A stretch of 64,000 nucleotides of DNA from Ranitomeya imitator (GCF_032444005.1 NC_091282.1:1202614001-1202678000); one strand, 5' to 3'; positions 12,269 through 25,215 are shown, counted from the stretch's first letter. Notes: generated by a model from the letters alone, not told the origin. Made by a program: numbers and translations.

Positions 12269-13471
12269 TCTATAGAAGTGGTTCTATATGTACAGCTGTA
12301 ATGCCCTATAAGACACTTATCTTTGGCTCAGCTTCCCCGGTCATGGTTCAATTACCGGTCAAAAAGCTTGTTCGATCAGCCAATCAGAGCGTAGATGAAA
12401 TATGATGAGTAGATGATCATTAGGTGCAGTTCTCTGGATCATTTCTCATGAGGATAAACCTACCGGGAACATTGCAGGAATTTTTGTAAATGAAAAAGAC
12501 GAGAGGAGAATTTTCTCCTTTGTCGTCGGACAATTGTGTGTAATTGTCACTAATTAGTCCCATCTTTACTTTCCCAAACACGGAGAGCGGATGAAAGGGA
12601 GCAATTAGCATAACAAGGGAGGAATTAGCCCACTGAGGACCAGGAGGCCGGCTACACTGTGTGACCTGTTTGTATAGCGACATAACACGTGTCGCTCGCA
12701 TTGTGTCTGTAGCATTGAGATGACGGTGTCGCTGAGGATTATGATATTTGACTTGGCACAACACAGTGACAGATCAAAGCCAATCCTCTACATATCAGGG
12801 AGCAAACAGCCTGCAATCCATCTGCACTGGGAGCTAATGGTTTACGCACTAGAAAAAACATTTACCATTTAGAAGTAAGCAATCGTCAAAAAATGATCTA
12901 TTTTTTGTTTAATTTTGTGCTAATTTTTTAATTTTATTGTGGTAAAAGTTTTTTTTTTCATTTTTAGTATCTATAAAAAAAAATGGCAATCGATATTAAC
13001 TATAAGAAATAGAAAACTTGTAATTTTTACACTGATCACTGGGGCTTCCTTAGATTTTAACTTCCTGTTGTTACAGGAAACAACACATGTACATAGCTAC
13101 AATGACCAGCAACTGACCCTATCTCTTGTATTGAACCATCTAATGAGCATTTGCATATATCGTTATGAAGGAAGGGGATAGAAGTCAGTTGTTAGGACTC
13201 CTATTATGATTGGTGGATCCTGTTTTACCAGCTATGTACAGAGGTGTTATCTGTTATTATAATCATGTCTCTGATGATAAGGAAACTGCTGAAAACTATT
13301 TCTAAAAAGGATAGGAAGTATGGGAAAATTGCAAGATTACTAACTTTGTTGTTAGTAAAGATCATCTATGGAAGTGGAAGTGTCTACTCCAGGGGTACGC
13401 AGCCTCTTGTTTGTAAGGCCACATTGTCAGATTGCAAAACTCTCTCGGGCAATTCCCATAGACTCATACAG

Positions 13472-13520
13472 CCCAACTTTGAACCCAGGACCCCAGCGCT
13501 GCAGAGCAACAGTGATGCCC
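13472..13520 (-). mobile_element. tRNA-derived SINE head fragment
   Basis: TTTGAACCCAGGACCCCAGCGCTGCA matches the heads of the SINEs at 21661 and 59221. Confidence 0.5.
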
Positions 13521-14379
13521 TCATACTAGTACGCACACTTGATGCTAGCACTGGGCTTTTTTATACATTACAATGCCTCCCACACATGTTATGCCTCCAC
13601 AGTGTCTCTACAGATGATGCCCCCACAGTGCCCCCCCACACAATAATGTCCCTATAATGCCTCCACACATTACAATGTCCTCAGTTCACCCCACAAATGT
13701 ATGATACCTTCACATTTCTCCCCCGTGGAAGGATGCCTTCCATACAGTATGACATCCCCACAGTACCCTCTCACACACATTGTGTTGCCCCCAGTGTCCC
13801 CCACACAGTATGATGTCCCACCACACACATTATGATGCCTACACAGTGCCACCGTCCTTCCAGTAGGGTACTCCACTATTCCAACCTACTGGCAAATTTT
13901 AAAAAAATCACTTAGCTCAATTGCCATGATAAATGGAGAAGTTCTCCACTCCATCCACTGGGTCAAAATGGGTTTGTGTTCTGACAGACACAAGTCATCC
14001 TTGTATTACAAAGACTGAATGGCATCTGAATGGCCGCCATTGACTCTGTTTGCCAAGTTACGTAGAAGTGTTGATGATCTGATGAGACATTCCCTTTAAA
14101 ATAAAAACCATTCAGCCCCATGTTTCTTTTAAAATAGTTTAAGTTAGTGCCCCTCCTAAGATAGTGCTAGCCTGGTGGTTGGGCCATGAAAAATAGCATC
14201 GCACCATAGGCTATGGAGACTTCTTCTACTACTGACCAGTTGGCAACAACATCCACAAGGGTGATTAATATTTCATTGTAGAGGGTTCTATAAGTCCCCT
14301 CTTATAGATGTTCTAAAATGCCCTGATTTCATAGTAATCCACTGGTGTCCAATAGTCATGCTGTAGGGATAGGAGTAGT

Positions 14380-14924
14380 TGTCACGCTGGGTGAAGGCTA
14401 ACTGCACAAAAAATAGGAAGATGAAAGGGGGAACCCAAACATTAGGAGAGTGGAGACCCCTAGGCAGATCTAAAATCACCCTGTCAGCCCTAAACATCCC
14501 TATATAGGTTCTGCACCTATCACTGAGCAGGAACCTAATTCCTGCTTGACCCTAGGGATAGGCTCTGGTTAAGGAGTAAGGAGAGGATGGTATAATCTCT
14601 AGTCAGTCCCTACTGCAACTAAAGACAGAAAGGGTAGGCGAATAAGGGATCATTTAGCTTGAAGACCACCAAGATGTCATGCCAGCAATCCTTCAAGAGT
14701 CTTCTGAGAAGGTATAAGAGCTAACACCAGAAACATACTTCAAACACGGAATGAATATGAACCCTCAGCAAAGGTGTCTAATTAGCAGCAGAAGGTGGAG
14801 GTATCTGTTGGGTCCTAAAGGGAGAGACATATCGCTCTATAACAGAGATACAAAAATTAAGAAGGTGCTTGAGCTATAGCCATATCCAGGATGAGTTTCA
14901 GTCACCCCAGGCACACCCATGACA
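14380..14924. mobile_element. Probable solo LTR
   Basis: TGTCACG...CATGACA termini; flanked by GTAGT / GTAGG (5-bp TSD with one mismatch). Confidence 0.6.
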
Positions 14925-15959
14925 GTAGGGTGACAGAGGGAGCCTTCTTCCTCTGTCAGACCACTTAAACACCACTGTAAACATAGAACTATTGGTGTAG
15001 ATGGATGTCACAGAAGGGGTATCACACTTGAGACCATGGCAAAGAGTGAACTTTCATCATCTCTCAAGTTATCATCATTTAATAGTATATTTCACCTGCA
15101 ATGGCCAAAGTTGGGGAAGTGTCAAAGACTTGTCTGTTTGAGGACCAGGACATTTGATCGTAGCAGGTCTGGCATCTGGGACTTCTTTCTTCTACAATGC
15201 CCACGAGGGTACAAATACGGTATTAAGTGATGCCAGTTCAAATGATCTGTAGGGAGAAGGATCCCCTCCATCTAATATCCATATTGTGTGATAAAATATC
15301 CTACCTTAAAGACTTTCGCATGATTTGTAGGGGTTCCTCGAGAAGTGGAAATCGCTGGATGTCCTTAGTTAAGAAAATAAAATACATTGGTTCTCGCTTT
15401 AAGATTTTAATACATAAAATATCCGATTTTATCTTAAATCGTTAAAATTGCTCCTCTCCAGATAAGGAAAATCATAGAGAAGGAAGCGAGAAGCGTTTCG
15501 CCTCGTACAAAAGGTTTAACATCTGTTATTCCGAGTCAATGTACGTATCTAAATAGACTTTTATAATTTATTTTGGTATCATTTATAGTTGTATTTTGGA
15601 GATAAGCTATTTCTTTTCTATTGTCCTTTCTCCTGCAGATCTCTATTGAATCACAGCCTGGTTAACCATTCAGAAAAAAAATAAAAGTTTACGCTTGACT
15701 TTTTCCTGCCTGCCTATGCAAATGTGTTCTTCTATTTGACTCGATGGTGGGGAAGGGGCTGATCGTGTAGAATAAGATATAACTCAAGAAAATTTAAGAC
15801 ATTAAACACAGAAAATGACCAATAAATTACAAAAATATCCCAGCTTTTCCACCGTTAATCTCCTACTTTTCTTTGATCCTATTTTGTCTCATATTACAAA
15901 TAAAACTATAATAAAAATATATATGGAAATCTTCTCAGTGTCTCATTTTATTGTATTGT

Positions 15960-16806
15960 GTGTGGCTGTAATACAACTTGCTGCAGCAGGAGCCTCCCCC
16001 CTCTGCCCTGTCTGCCTTTGTACAAAAGAACGCCAAACCCTGCCGTTTTGTCTAGGGAGCTAAGGGGAAGTGGAGCTTCAGTCAATTATAAGCCAAAGAT
16101 GGAACTAGTCAGCAGATAATTATCTTTGCATAGCTCAGGTGCTCACCGGTGTCTCCCATACTGCTTCAACGACATCACAGCAGGATCCTGATCGCTGCTG
16201 CGTGTCAAACTGAATGATATCGCTAGCCAGGACGCTGCAACGTCACGGATCGCTAGTGATATCGTTCAGTGTGACGGCACCTTTACTAATGTGTGTGGAC
16301 TAAGACAACTAACTGCACCAGGAGCCTCTCCCCTCTGCCTCAGCAAATGGATGAGAATTCAGCTGGCTATATGCCAAAGATGGAACTGATCAGCAGGTAA
16401 TTAACTCCTTATAGCTTTAGAGCTGATCCATGTCCCTCATTGTTCTCCTTACTGTCCTGTGTGTCGACAAGCAACCAGCTTCAGCAGAGGCCTCTTCCCT
16501 CTGCCCTGTCTGGATTATCACCAACTCCTGCCCCAGTGTCTAAGGGGCAGTGGAGCTTCAGTCAATTATAATGGAACTGATCGGCAGGTAATTAATGCCT
16601 TATAGTTCAGGGGCTCATCCATGTCACCCATCCTCCTCACTCTCTCCTGTGTGTGGACTAAGACAGCTAGCTGCAGCAGGAGCCTCTCCCCTCTGTACTG
16701 TCTGCATTATTACCAAGTCCTGCCCCACTATCTAAGGGGTTAAGGAGAGTGGGGCTTCAGTTAAGTATCAGGCAAAGATTGAACTGATCAGCAGGTAATT
16801 AATGCC
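15960..16806 (+). repeat. Four degenerate tandem copies of a ~150-240-bp unit
   Basis: GCTGCAGCAGGAGCCTC(T)CCCCTCTG...GGAGCTTCAGTCAATTATA...GGAACTGATCAGCAGGTAATTA recurs near 15980, 16310, 16475 and 16670. Confidence 0.75.
16165..16282. mobile_element. Right end of a PIF/Harbinger-type MITE
   Basis: Ends GTGTGACGGCACCT|TTA, matching the TIR family at 16810 and 24148. Confidence 0.65.
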
Positions 16807-16809
16807 TTA

Positions 16810-17202
16810 GGGTACCGTCACACAGTGCAATTTTGATCGCTACGACGGCACGATTCGTGACGTTCGAGCGATATAGTTACGATATCGCAGTGTCTGACAC
16901 GCTCCTGCCATCAGGGACCCCGCTGAGAATCGTACGTCGTAGCAGATCGTTTGAAACTTTCTTTCGTCGTCTAGTGTCCTGCTGTGGTGGCATGATCGCA
17001 TGGTGTAACATATATCGTATACGATGTGCGCATAGTAACCAACGGCTTCTACATCGCACATACGTCATAAAATTATCGCTCCAGCGTCGTACATTGCAAA
17101 GTGTGACAGCAGTCTACGACGCTGGAGCGATATTGTTACGATGCTGGAGCGTCACGGATCGTACCGTCGTAGCGATCAAAATGCCACTGTGTGACGGTAC
17201 CC
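16810..17202. mobile_element. Palindromic PIF/Harbinger (Tourist-like) MITE
   Basis: Perfect TIR GGGTACCGTCACACAGTG / CACTGTGTGACGGTACCC, flanked by TTA / TAA; internal inverted symmetry; CpG-rich. Confidence 0.85.
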
Positions 17203-17444
17203 TAACAGCTCAGTAGCCAATTCACGTATATCTATTCATACTATTCAGATTGTGTCTCATTATTGTAGTGGGTAGTTGTGATGGCGAGAAGGTGGGAGTT
17301 ATCAGTTGCCAATCAATGCATACAATCAATTGTCCGGTGAAGATGAACTTTATTGGGGGTGCAGATCAACAACGCGTTTTGAGGAAGAATGTGTTCTTCA
17401 TCACCGACCGTCTTCAAAACATGTTGCACCCCCAACAAAGTCGT

Positions 17445-18115
17445 TAGGTGCTGCTCTATTTAACTCCACCTAGTGCTTTGATCCTGGCCTCCAGTCAATG
17501 TTCTAGTATTGGACCTGTTTCCTCCTGGATCGTTCCTGTGGCCTGCTGCTCTGCATAGCTAAGTTCCTCTTTGCTATTTGTTTGCTGTTTTTTTCTGTCC
17601 AGCTTGTCAATTTGCTTTTTACTGCTTGCTGGAAGCTCTGGGACGCAGAGGGTGTACCTCCGTGCCGTTAGTTCGGTACGGAGGGTCTTTTTGCCCCCTT
17701 TGCGTGGTTTTTGTAGGGTTTTGTGTTGACCGCAAAGTTACCTTTCCTATCCTCGCTCTGTTCAGAAAGTTGGGCCTCACTTTGCTAAATCTATTTCATC
17801 TCTACGTTTGTCTTTTCATCTTAACTCACAGTCATTATATGTGGGGGCTGCCTTTTCCTTTGGGGTATTTCTCTGAGGCAAGGTAGGCTTATTTTCTATC
17901 TTCAGGCTAGCTAGTTTCTCAGGCCATGCCGAGTTGCATAGGGAGCGTTAGGCGCAATCCACGGCTGCCTTTAGTGTGGTTGGAGAGGATTAGGGATTGC
18001 GGTCAACAGAGTTCCCACGTCTCAGAGCTCGTTCTTGTTTTTTGGGTTATTGCCAGGTCACTGTATGTGCGCTGACCTCTATGTCTATTGTGGTACTGAA
18101 TTACCTTTCATAACA
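17445..18115. mobile_element. LTR fragment (Ty3/gypsy-like), one end truncated
   Basis: Ends ...TTACCTTTCATAACA; non-coding with LTR-like composition. Family assignment from recall only. Confidence 0.55.
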
Positions 18116-18123
18116 AAACCCAT

Positions 18124-18607
18124 TGTCATGATCCAGTCCAGGTTTTGAGTCCTGTTTGCTCTTTTCCCAGACTGATCATGTCAAGGGTTAACTTAGCTTT
18201 GCCTAATTTTGGGTTCAGGTTTGCTATCCGCTGCATCCTGTAGGCGCTGTCAGTTATATTTTCTGCCTACAGCGTGTGCATCTGGCTCTGGTAGTACCCT
18301 GATTGGTCCTGTTGCACTTTCTGACCTTGTCCATATCTATTCCTCCTTTCCTGCCCATCCTGTCTTAGTGTTGTCCTGATTGCTGTTGGATTTCCCGGTG
18401 TTTGACTTGGCTTTGACTCTGACTTGACTTTGCCTCTGATCCCTGGTAATTCTGCCTTTTATCTGGTATTGACCCTTTTGCTCTCCACTGACTCTGTGCT
18501 TGTTTTTCCCTTTGTACTCTGTGACGGTCTAGGTTTTGACTTGGCTTGTTTGACTATTCTGCTGCCACCTGGTGGTAGCTTTGCTGCAGCACTGTAGGTC
18601 TGCTCTG
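18124..18607. mobile_element. Second LTR-like fragment abutting the CR1 tail
   Basis: Begins TGTCATGA; pyrimidine-rich with TGACTTGGC/TTTGACT subrepeats. Confidence 0.4.
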
Positions 18608-21570
18608 GTAACATAGTAACATAGTAACATAGTTAGTAAGGCCGAAAAAAGACATTTGTCCATCCAGTTCAGCCTATATTCCATCATAATAAATCCCCAG
18701 ATCTACGTCCTTCTACAGAACCTAATAATTGTATGATACAATATTGTTCTGCTCCAGGAAGACATCCAGGCCTCTCTTGAACCCCTCAACTGAGTTCGCC
18801 ATCACCACCTCCTCAGGCAAGCAATTCCAGATTCTCACTGCCCTAACAGTAAAGAATCCTCTTCTATGTTGGTGGAAAAACCTTCTCTCCTCCAGACGCA
18901 AAGAATGCCCCCTTGTGCCTGTCACTTTCCTTGGTATAAACAGATCCTCAGCGAGATATTTGTATTGTCCCCTTATATACTTATACATGGTTATTACATC
19001 GCCCCTCAGTCGTCTTTTTTCTAGACTAAATAATCCTAATTTCACTAATCTATCTGGGTATTGTAGTTCTCCCATCCCCTTTATTAATTTTGTTGCCCTC
19101 CTTTGTACTCTCTCTAGTTCCATTATATCCTTCCTGAGCACCGGTGCCCAAAACTGGACACAGTACTCCATGTGCGGTCTAACTAGGGATTTGTACAGAG
19201 GCAGTATAATGCTCTCATCATGTGTATCCAGACCTCTTTTAATGCACCCCATGATCCTGTTTGCCTTGGCAGCTGCTGCCTGGCACTGGCTGCTCCAGGT
19301 AAGTTTATCATTAACTAGGATCCCCAAGTCCTTCTCCCTGTCAGATTTACCCAGTGGTTTCCCATTCAGTGTGTAATGGTGATATTGAATCCTTCTTCCC
19401 ATGTGTATAACCTTACATTTATCATTGTTAAACCTCATCTGCCACCTTTCAGCCCAAGTTTCCAACTTATCCAGATCCATCTGTAGCAGAATACTATCTT
19501 CTCTTGTATTAACTGCTTTACATAGTTATGTATCATCTGCAAATATCGATATTTTACTGTGTAAACCTTCTACCAGATCATTAATGAATATGTTGAAGAG
19601 AACAGGTCCCAATACTGACCCCTGCGGTACCCCACTGGTCACAGCGACCCAGTTAGAGACTATACCATTTATAACCACCCTCTGCTTTCTATCACTAAGC
19701 CAGTTACTAACCCATTTACACACATTTTCCCCCAGACCAAGCATTCTCATTTTGTGTACCAACCTCTTGTGCGGCACGGTATCAAACGCTTTGGAAAAAT
19801 CGAGATATACCACGTCCAATGACTCACCATGATCCAGCCTAAAGCTTACCTCTTCATAAAAACTGATTAGATTGGTTTGACAGGAGCGATTTCTCATAAA
19901 CCCATGCTGATATGGAGTTAAACAGTTATTCTTATTGAGATAATCCAGCATAACATCCCTCAGAAACCCTTCAAATATTTTACCAACAATAGAGGTTAGA
20001 CTTACTGGCCTATAATTTCCAGGTTCACTTTTAGAGCCCTTTTTGAATATTGGCACCACATTTGCTATGCGCCAGTCCTGCGGAACAGACCCCGTCACTA
20101 TAGAGTCCCTAAAAATAAGAAATAATGGTTTATCTATTACATTACTTAGTTCTCTTAGTACTCGTGGGTGTATGCCATCCGGACCCGGAGATTTATCTAT
20201 TTTGATCTTATTTAGCCGGTTTCGCACCTCTTCTTGGGTTAGATTGGTGACCCTTAATGTAGGGTTTTCAGTGTTTCTTGGGATTTCACCTAGCATTTCA
20301 TTTTCCACCGTGAATACAGTGGAGAAGAAGGTGTTTAATATGTTAGCTTTTTCCTCGTCATCTACAACCATTCTTTCCTCACTATTTTTTAAGGGGCCTA
20401 CATTTTCAGTTTTTATTCTTTTACTATTGATATAGTTGAAGAACAGTTTGGGATTAGTTTTACTCTCCTTAGCAATGTGCTTCTCTGTTTCCTTTTTGGC
20501 AGCTTTAATTAGTTTTTTAGATAAAGTATTTTTCTCCCTATAGTTTTTTAGAGCTTCAATGGTGCCATCCTGCTTTAGTAGTGCAAATGCTTTCTTTTTA
20601 CTGTTAATTGCCTGTCTTACTTCTTTGTTTAGCCACATTGGGTTTTTCCTATTTCTAGTCCTTTTATTCCCACAAGGTATAAACCGCTTACACTGCCTAT
20701 TTAGGATGTTCTTAAACATTTCCCATTTATTATCTATATTCTTATTTCTGAGGATATTGTCCCAGTCTACCAGATTAAGGGCATCTCTAAGCTGGTCAAA
20801 CTTTGCCTTCCTAAAGTTCAGTGTTTTTGTGACTCCCTGACAAGTCCCCCTAGTGAAGGACAGGTGAAACTGTACAATATTGTGGTCGCTATTTCCTAGA
20901 TGCCCGACCACCTGCAGATTTGTTATTCTGTCAGGTCTATTAGATAGTATTAGGTCTAAAAGTGCTGCTCCTCTGGTTGGATTCTGCACCAATTGTGAAA
21001 GATAATTTTTCTTGGTTATTAGCAGAAACCTGTTGCCTTTATGGGTTTCACAGGTTTCTGTTTCCCAGTTAATATCCGGGTAGTTAAAGTCCCCCATAAC
21101 CAGGACCTCATTATGGGTTGCAGCTTCATCTATCTGCTTTAGAAGTAGACTTTCCATGGTTTCTGTTATATTTGGGGGTTTGTAACAGACCCCAATGAGA
21201 ATTTTGTTACCATTTTTCCCTCCATGAATTTCGACCCATATGGACTCGACATCCTCATTTCCTTCGCTAATATCCTCCCTTAAAGTGGACTTTAGACAAG
21301 ACTTTACATAGAGACAAACCCCTCCTCCTCTCCGATTTTTACGATCCTTTCTAAACAGACTGTAACCCTGTAAGTTAACTGCCCAGTCATAGCTTTCATC
21401 TAACCATGTCTCGGTTATTCCCACTATGTCAAAGTTACCTGTAGATATTTCTGCTTCTAGTTCTTCCATCTTGTTTGTCAGGCTTCTGGCGTTTGCGAGC
21501 ATGCAGTTTAGAGGATTTTGTTTTGTTCCAATCTCCTCGCTGTGGATTGTTTTAGAAATGTTCTTACCTC
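18608..21570 (-). mobile_element. CR1 LINE with complete ORF2 region, ORF1 lost
   Basis: 3' tail of (CTATGTTA)n octamers at 18608-18633. APE motifs (NARSL, GITETW, GDFN, SDH) and RT motifs ([23 protein letters not shown]). 5' limit approximate. Confidence 0.95.
18722..21520 (-). pseudogene. CR1 ORF2 (APE + RT) with a single in-frame nonsense codon
   Basis: ORFs 19526-21682 and 18722-19480 are in the same frame; FADDT-TAA-LCKAVN at 19526-19528, where a Lys codon is expected. Confidence 0.9.
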
Positions 21571-21660
21571 CCATCTGAGTAGAATTGTTACTATCCTTCC
21601 ACTCTTTCACCATCAAGTGGAAGTTGCAGTCACCTGCATAGCTGCAGCGTGACACACATG

Positions 21661-21764
21661 CAATCACGGGGAGAGCATACAAACTCCTTGCAGATGTTGT
21701 TCATGGTGGGATTTGAACCCAGGACCCCAGTGCTACAAGGCTGCAGTGCTAACCACTGAGCCAC
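21661..21764 (-). mobile_element. tRNA-derived SINE, 5' part
   Basis: Minus strand has A box TGGCTCAGTGG and B box GGTTCAAATCC; similar to 59221-59467. Confidence 0.8.
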
Positions 21765-22699
21765 ATTCCAAAAATGTTAAAAAATGAACATGATTTACAC
21801 AACAGATCATCTTCTGATGACACAATCCCTTTAACTATCGGGCAGTAAAGAGTTGAGCACAGTGCTGCACTCTGTCTTATTAACTCCACTATGAGGACAG
21901 GTCCATTATCCATGTATAAATCTCACACAATTATCGCAGTAATTGCTTCATCTTCATCTTACACTTTTGGGAAAAATCAGCAGAAAATAGTTGATTTGAA
22001 GAAGTGAAATGTTTAAATAGCAGAAGAGCGTTCTCCTAATGAGGCACATAATTCATAGGCAGAGCCGGAGTTAACTTTGTGGCTTCATCAATACTTTTGA
22101 TCGCCTATTGATAACTCAATCTGTGTTATTACACCCCTATTAGTGTGAAATACAACCGTTCACAAGCGCTTATTCCACCCTGGAATACATTCCTGGTAAT
22201 GAGCGGTTGATTGGCGCGATCCTTAGGTTGGAACATTTTAATTGATGGCTAATTAATTCCTAATTAATATAGTAAAACCACAGAAAGGAGAAAACACATA
22301 ATAACAAGCAGTAAATGACATGACCTCTGTGGGAATATGTGGCTGCAAAAACCCACTAATGAACATGGCAAGGACCGAGAAATCACGTAATATCTCTCCT
22401 TAGGGTTTGTGCGCATGAGGCTTTTCAGAGCCCGGAATAAATGATGAGTTTTCGGTTATGTGCACACAAAGTTTTTGCTGAGAAGTTTTGAGATTTGGAG
22501 AGTTTCCGCAGTTTCTCGAAGCGCAAGGAGACTTTTTGTTGAGTTTTTTTCATAAAGGACACAAGTTTTTTTTTTATAGTAAAAGTTTATTTATTTTATT
22601 TGAACACTGTATAGCACCATTATTTGAGCACTGTATTGCAGCTGTATTTGACTATTTTTCATCGGTATTTTGTAAATACTGTGTGAATGTATAATTCAA

Positions 22700-23972
22700 T
22701 CCTTTTACTACCTGGCGATTTTCCGTTTTATTTTGTTTTCTTTTCATTTTCATTTTGTTTCCTCCCCTTGTTCCAAGAGCCATACATTTTTTTTAAAAAA
22801 AATTTCTGGCCGTATGACGGCTTGTTTTTTGCCGGACAAGTTGTACTTTTGAATGACACCATTCATTTTACCATGTAGTGTACTGGAAAACGTAAAAAAA
22901 AAATTCCTAATGCAATTAAATGGCAAAAAAAAATGTTGTTTGGGCTCTTTATTTACCATGTTCATGGTAACTGACCGGGCAATTTGATTCTCCAGATCAG
23001 TACGAATACGCAGGTACCAAACATGTATAATTTGTACAAAAAATTTGTAAAAAATTGTTTTATTTTTGTCGCCTTTTTTCGCCGCAACACTCTCATTTTT
23101 GGGGATATGGGGCTGGGTGAGAGCTTATTTTTTATGCCCTGAGCTGACTTTTTATTGATATTATTTGAGGGCAGATACGATGTTTTGATCGCCTCTTATT
23201 GCATTTTTATTGCAAAGTTCCGGCAGCTAAAAAAAATAACTCTGGCGTTTCAATCACCTTTACTTGTTACTCCGTTTACCGATTACATTCATCTATTTTA
23301 TATTTTGATAGATCGGACATTTCTGCACATGGGGATAGCAAATAAGTGTTTTTTTTTTCTTGTTTTATTTTCATTTGTGGGGGTTTTATTTTTTCAATAT
23401 TATCATTATTATTTTTTTTACTTTATACTGTCCTCATTATTCCACTTAGGAGACTTGAAGCACCCCCTGGCCAAAATTACTGTTATTGTGAACAGTTGTG
23501 GAAGTTGAAGATGAAATTCTCTCTAAAAGACCAAAAGTTAAAGATTTAATTTTTTAAATTGTAAAAAATAACAATATATATTTATTTTTACCTAAAATAC
23601 AAAGGAAATGTCTCATCTTTAACTTTAGACCTTTTAGAGATCATTTAATCTTTACCTTGCTTAACTGTTCATAGTAACAATAATTTTGTTCAGGGGTGTA
23701 TCAGAAATCACGGTTTCCTAAGAACGCCGGCCACAAGCCAGCATTCACAGGAATATTGTACTGAGTGGCAATGGGGGTTTCTGCAGACCCTCGGCTATTA
23801 TAACAACTCATCAGCGAACAGCGATCACATGAGAGTGGTATATTTGTGACGCGCTTCTGACTTGCACGTGATAAATCACACTGTCAGTGATTGGGAGGCA
23901 CTTGATGGCCCACATCAAAGGCAGGGACACTACCTCTGATGTACATGTATGTCAAATATGATGAAAAGGTTA
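22700..23972. mobile_element. Degraded non-autonomous DNA transposon (piggyBac-like end AAAGG|TTAA)
   Basis: AT-rich interior similar to 8560-9184; terminal motif resembles the one at 26520. Boundaries approximate. Confidence 0.4.
23461..23698. mobile_element. Tc1-derived MITE
   Basis: Imperfect TIRs CACCCCCTGGCCAAAATTA / TAATTTTGTTCAGGGGTG|TA. Confidence 0.6.
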
Positions 23973-24029
23973 AAGACACACTCCTCCTCATCCTCCCATC
24001 AAAGTTTCAATCCTCTTAATATATTGCAA

Positions 24030-25215
24030 TCATCATATTATACAGCACTTTGCACTTACAATTGCTCATTTAGCCTTTCCACCCAGTTAATTATTCTCTT
24101 TTCATTTAGGTCTGTGAATTAAAAACTGACTAGCTGAATCTTTCTAAAGGTACCTTCACACATAACGATTTCGTTAACGATATCGTTGCTTTTTGTGACG
24201 TAGCAACGATATCGTTAACTAAATCGTTATGCGTGACAGCGACCAACGATCAGGCCCCTGCTGGGAGATTGTTGGTCGCTGGGAATGATCAGGACCTCTT
24301 TTTGGTCGCTGATCACCTGCTGTCATCGCTGAATCAGCGTGTGTGACGCCGATCCAGCGATGTGTTCACTGGTAACCAGGGTAAATATCGGGTTACTAAG
24401 CGCAGGGCCGTGCTTAGTAACCCGATATTTACCCTGGTTACCATTGTAAAAGTAAAAAAAAAACAAAACAGTACATACTCACATTCCGATGTCTGTCACG
24501 TTCACCGGCGTCAGCTTCCCGCACTGACTGTGTCAGCGCCGGCCGGCCGTAAAGCAGAGCAAAGTGGTGACGTCACTGCTGTGCTCTGCTTTACGGCCGG
24601 CGCTGACTGTCAGTGCGGGAAGCTGACGGCGGGGGACGTGACAGACATCGGAATGTGAGTATGTACTTTTTTCTTAACTTTTACAATGGTAACCAGGGTA
24701 AATATCGGGTTAGTAAGCGCGGCCCTGCACTTAGTAACCCGATATTTACCCTGGTTACCCGGGGACTTCGGCATCGTTAAAGACAGTTTCAACGATGCCG
24801 AAGTCTTTCCCCTGATCGTTGGTCGCTGGAGAGATCAATCTGTGTGACAGCTCTCCAGCGACCACACAACGACTTACCAACGATCACAGCCAGGTCGTAT
24901 CGCTGGTCGTGATCGTTGGTAAGTCGTTTAGTGTAACGGTACCTTAAGTTCTATTCATAAACAGGAGGTCAATTTTCCCTGCATGAGTCATCCCCGTCTG
25001 CCACTACTGCCCAGCTGCTCCACCCTTCCCCCTGACAGGGACTTTGCAGTGAGTAGAATTGTAGGTCTAATGATGATTCATGCAGGGAAAAGAGACTTCC
25101 TGTTTCTACGCAGAGCTTAGAAGGATTAAGCTGTTTTTAATCACGTAATGTCATTGATTTAATGGAATAGAAAATAATTAATTGATTAGAAGGGCAAAAT
25201 GCGCACTCAGCCATA
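24030..25215. mobile_element. Palindromic MITE hosting a younger MITE
   Basis: Symmetric arms flank the nested insertion, e.g. TTCCCTGCATGAGTCATC vs GATGATTCATGCAGGGAA. Termini approximate. Confidence 0.55.
24148..24944. mobile_element. PIF/Harbinger-type MITE with TAA target-site duplication
   Basis: TAA|AGGTACCTTCACAC...GTGTAACGGTACCT|TAA; nested internal inverted repeats (GGTAACCAGGGTAAATATCGGGTTA...). Confidence 0.9.

Noticed and set aside
15480-15530. Minus-strand GGCGAAACGC as a third hammerhead relic
   Set aside because: It lacks both the GUH triplet and the CUGA core; too degenerate.
15620-15665. Strong splice acceptor CTTTCTCCTGCAG
   Set aside because: No convincing donor or open frame follows.
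16833-17216. ORFs on both strands of the CpG-rich MITE
   Set aside because: Produced by a GC-rich palindromic non-coding element; no transposase motifs.
21700-21764. tRNA gene
   Set aside because: A and B boxes are present, but there is no cloverleaf or anticodon arm, and it continues into a SINE body.
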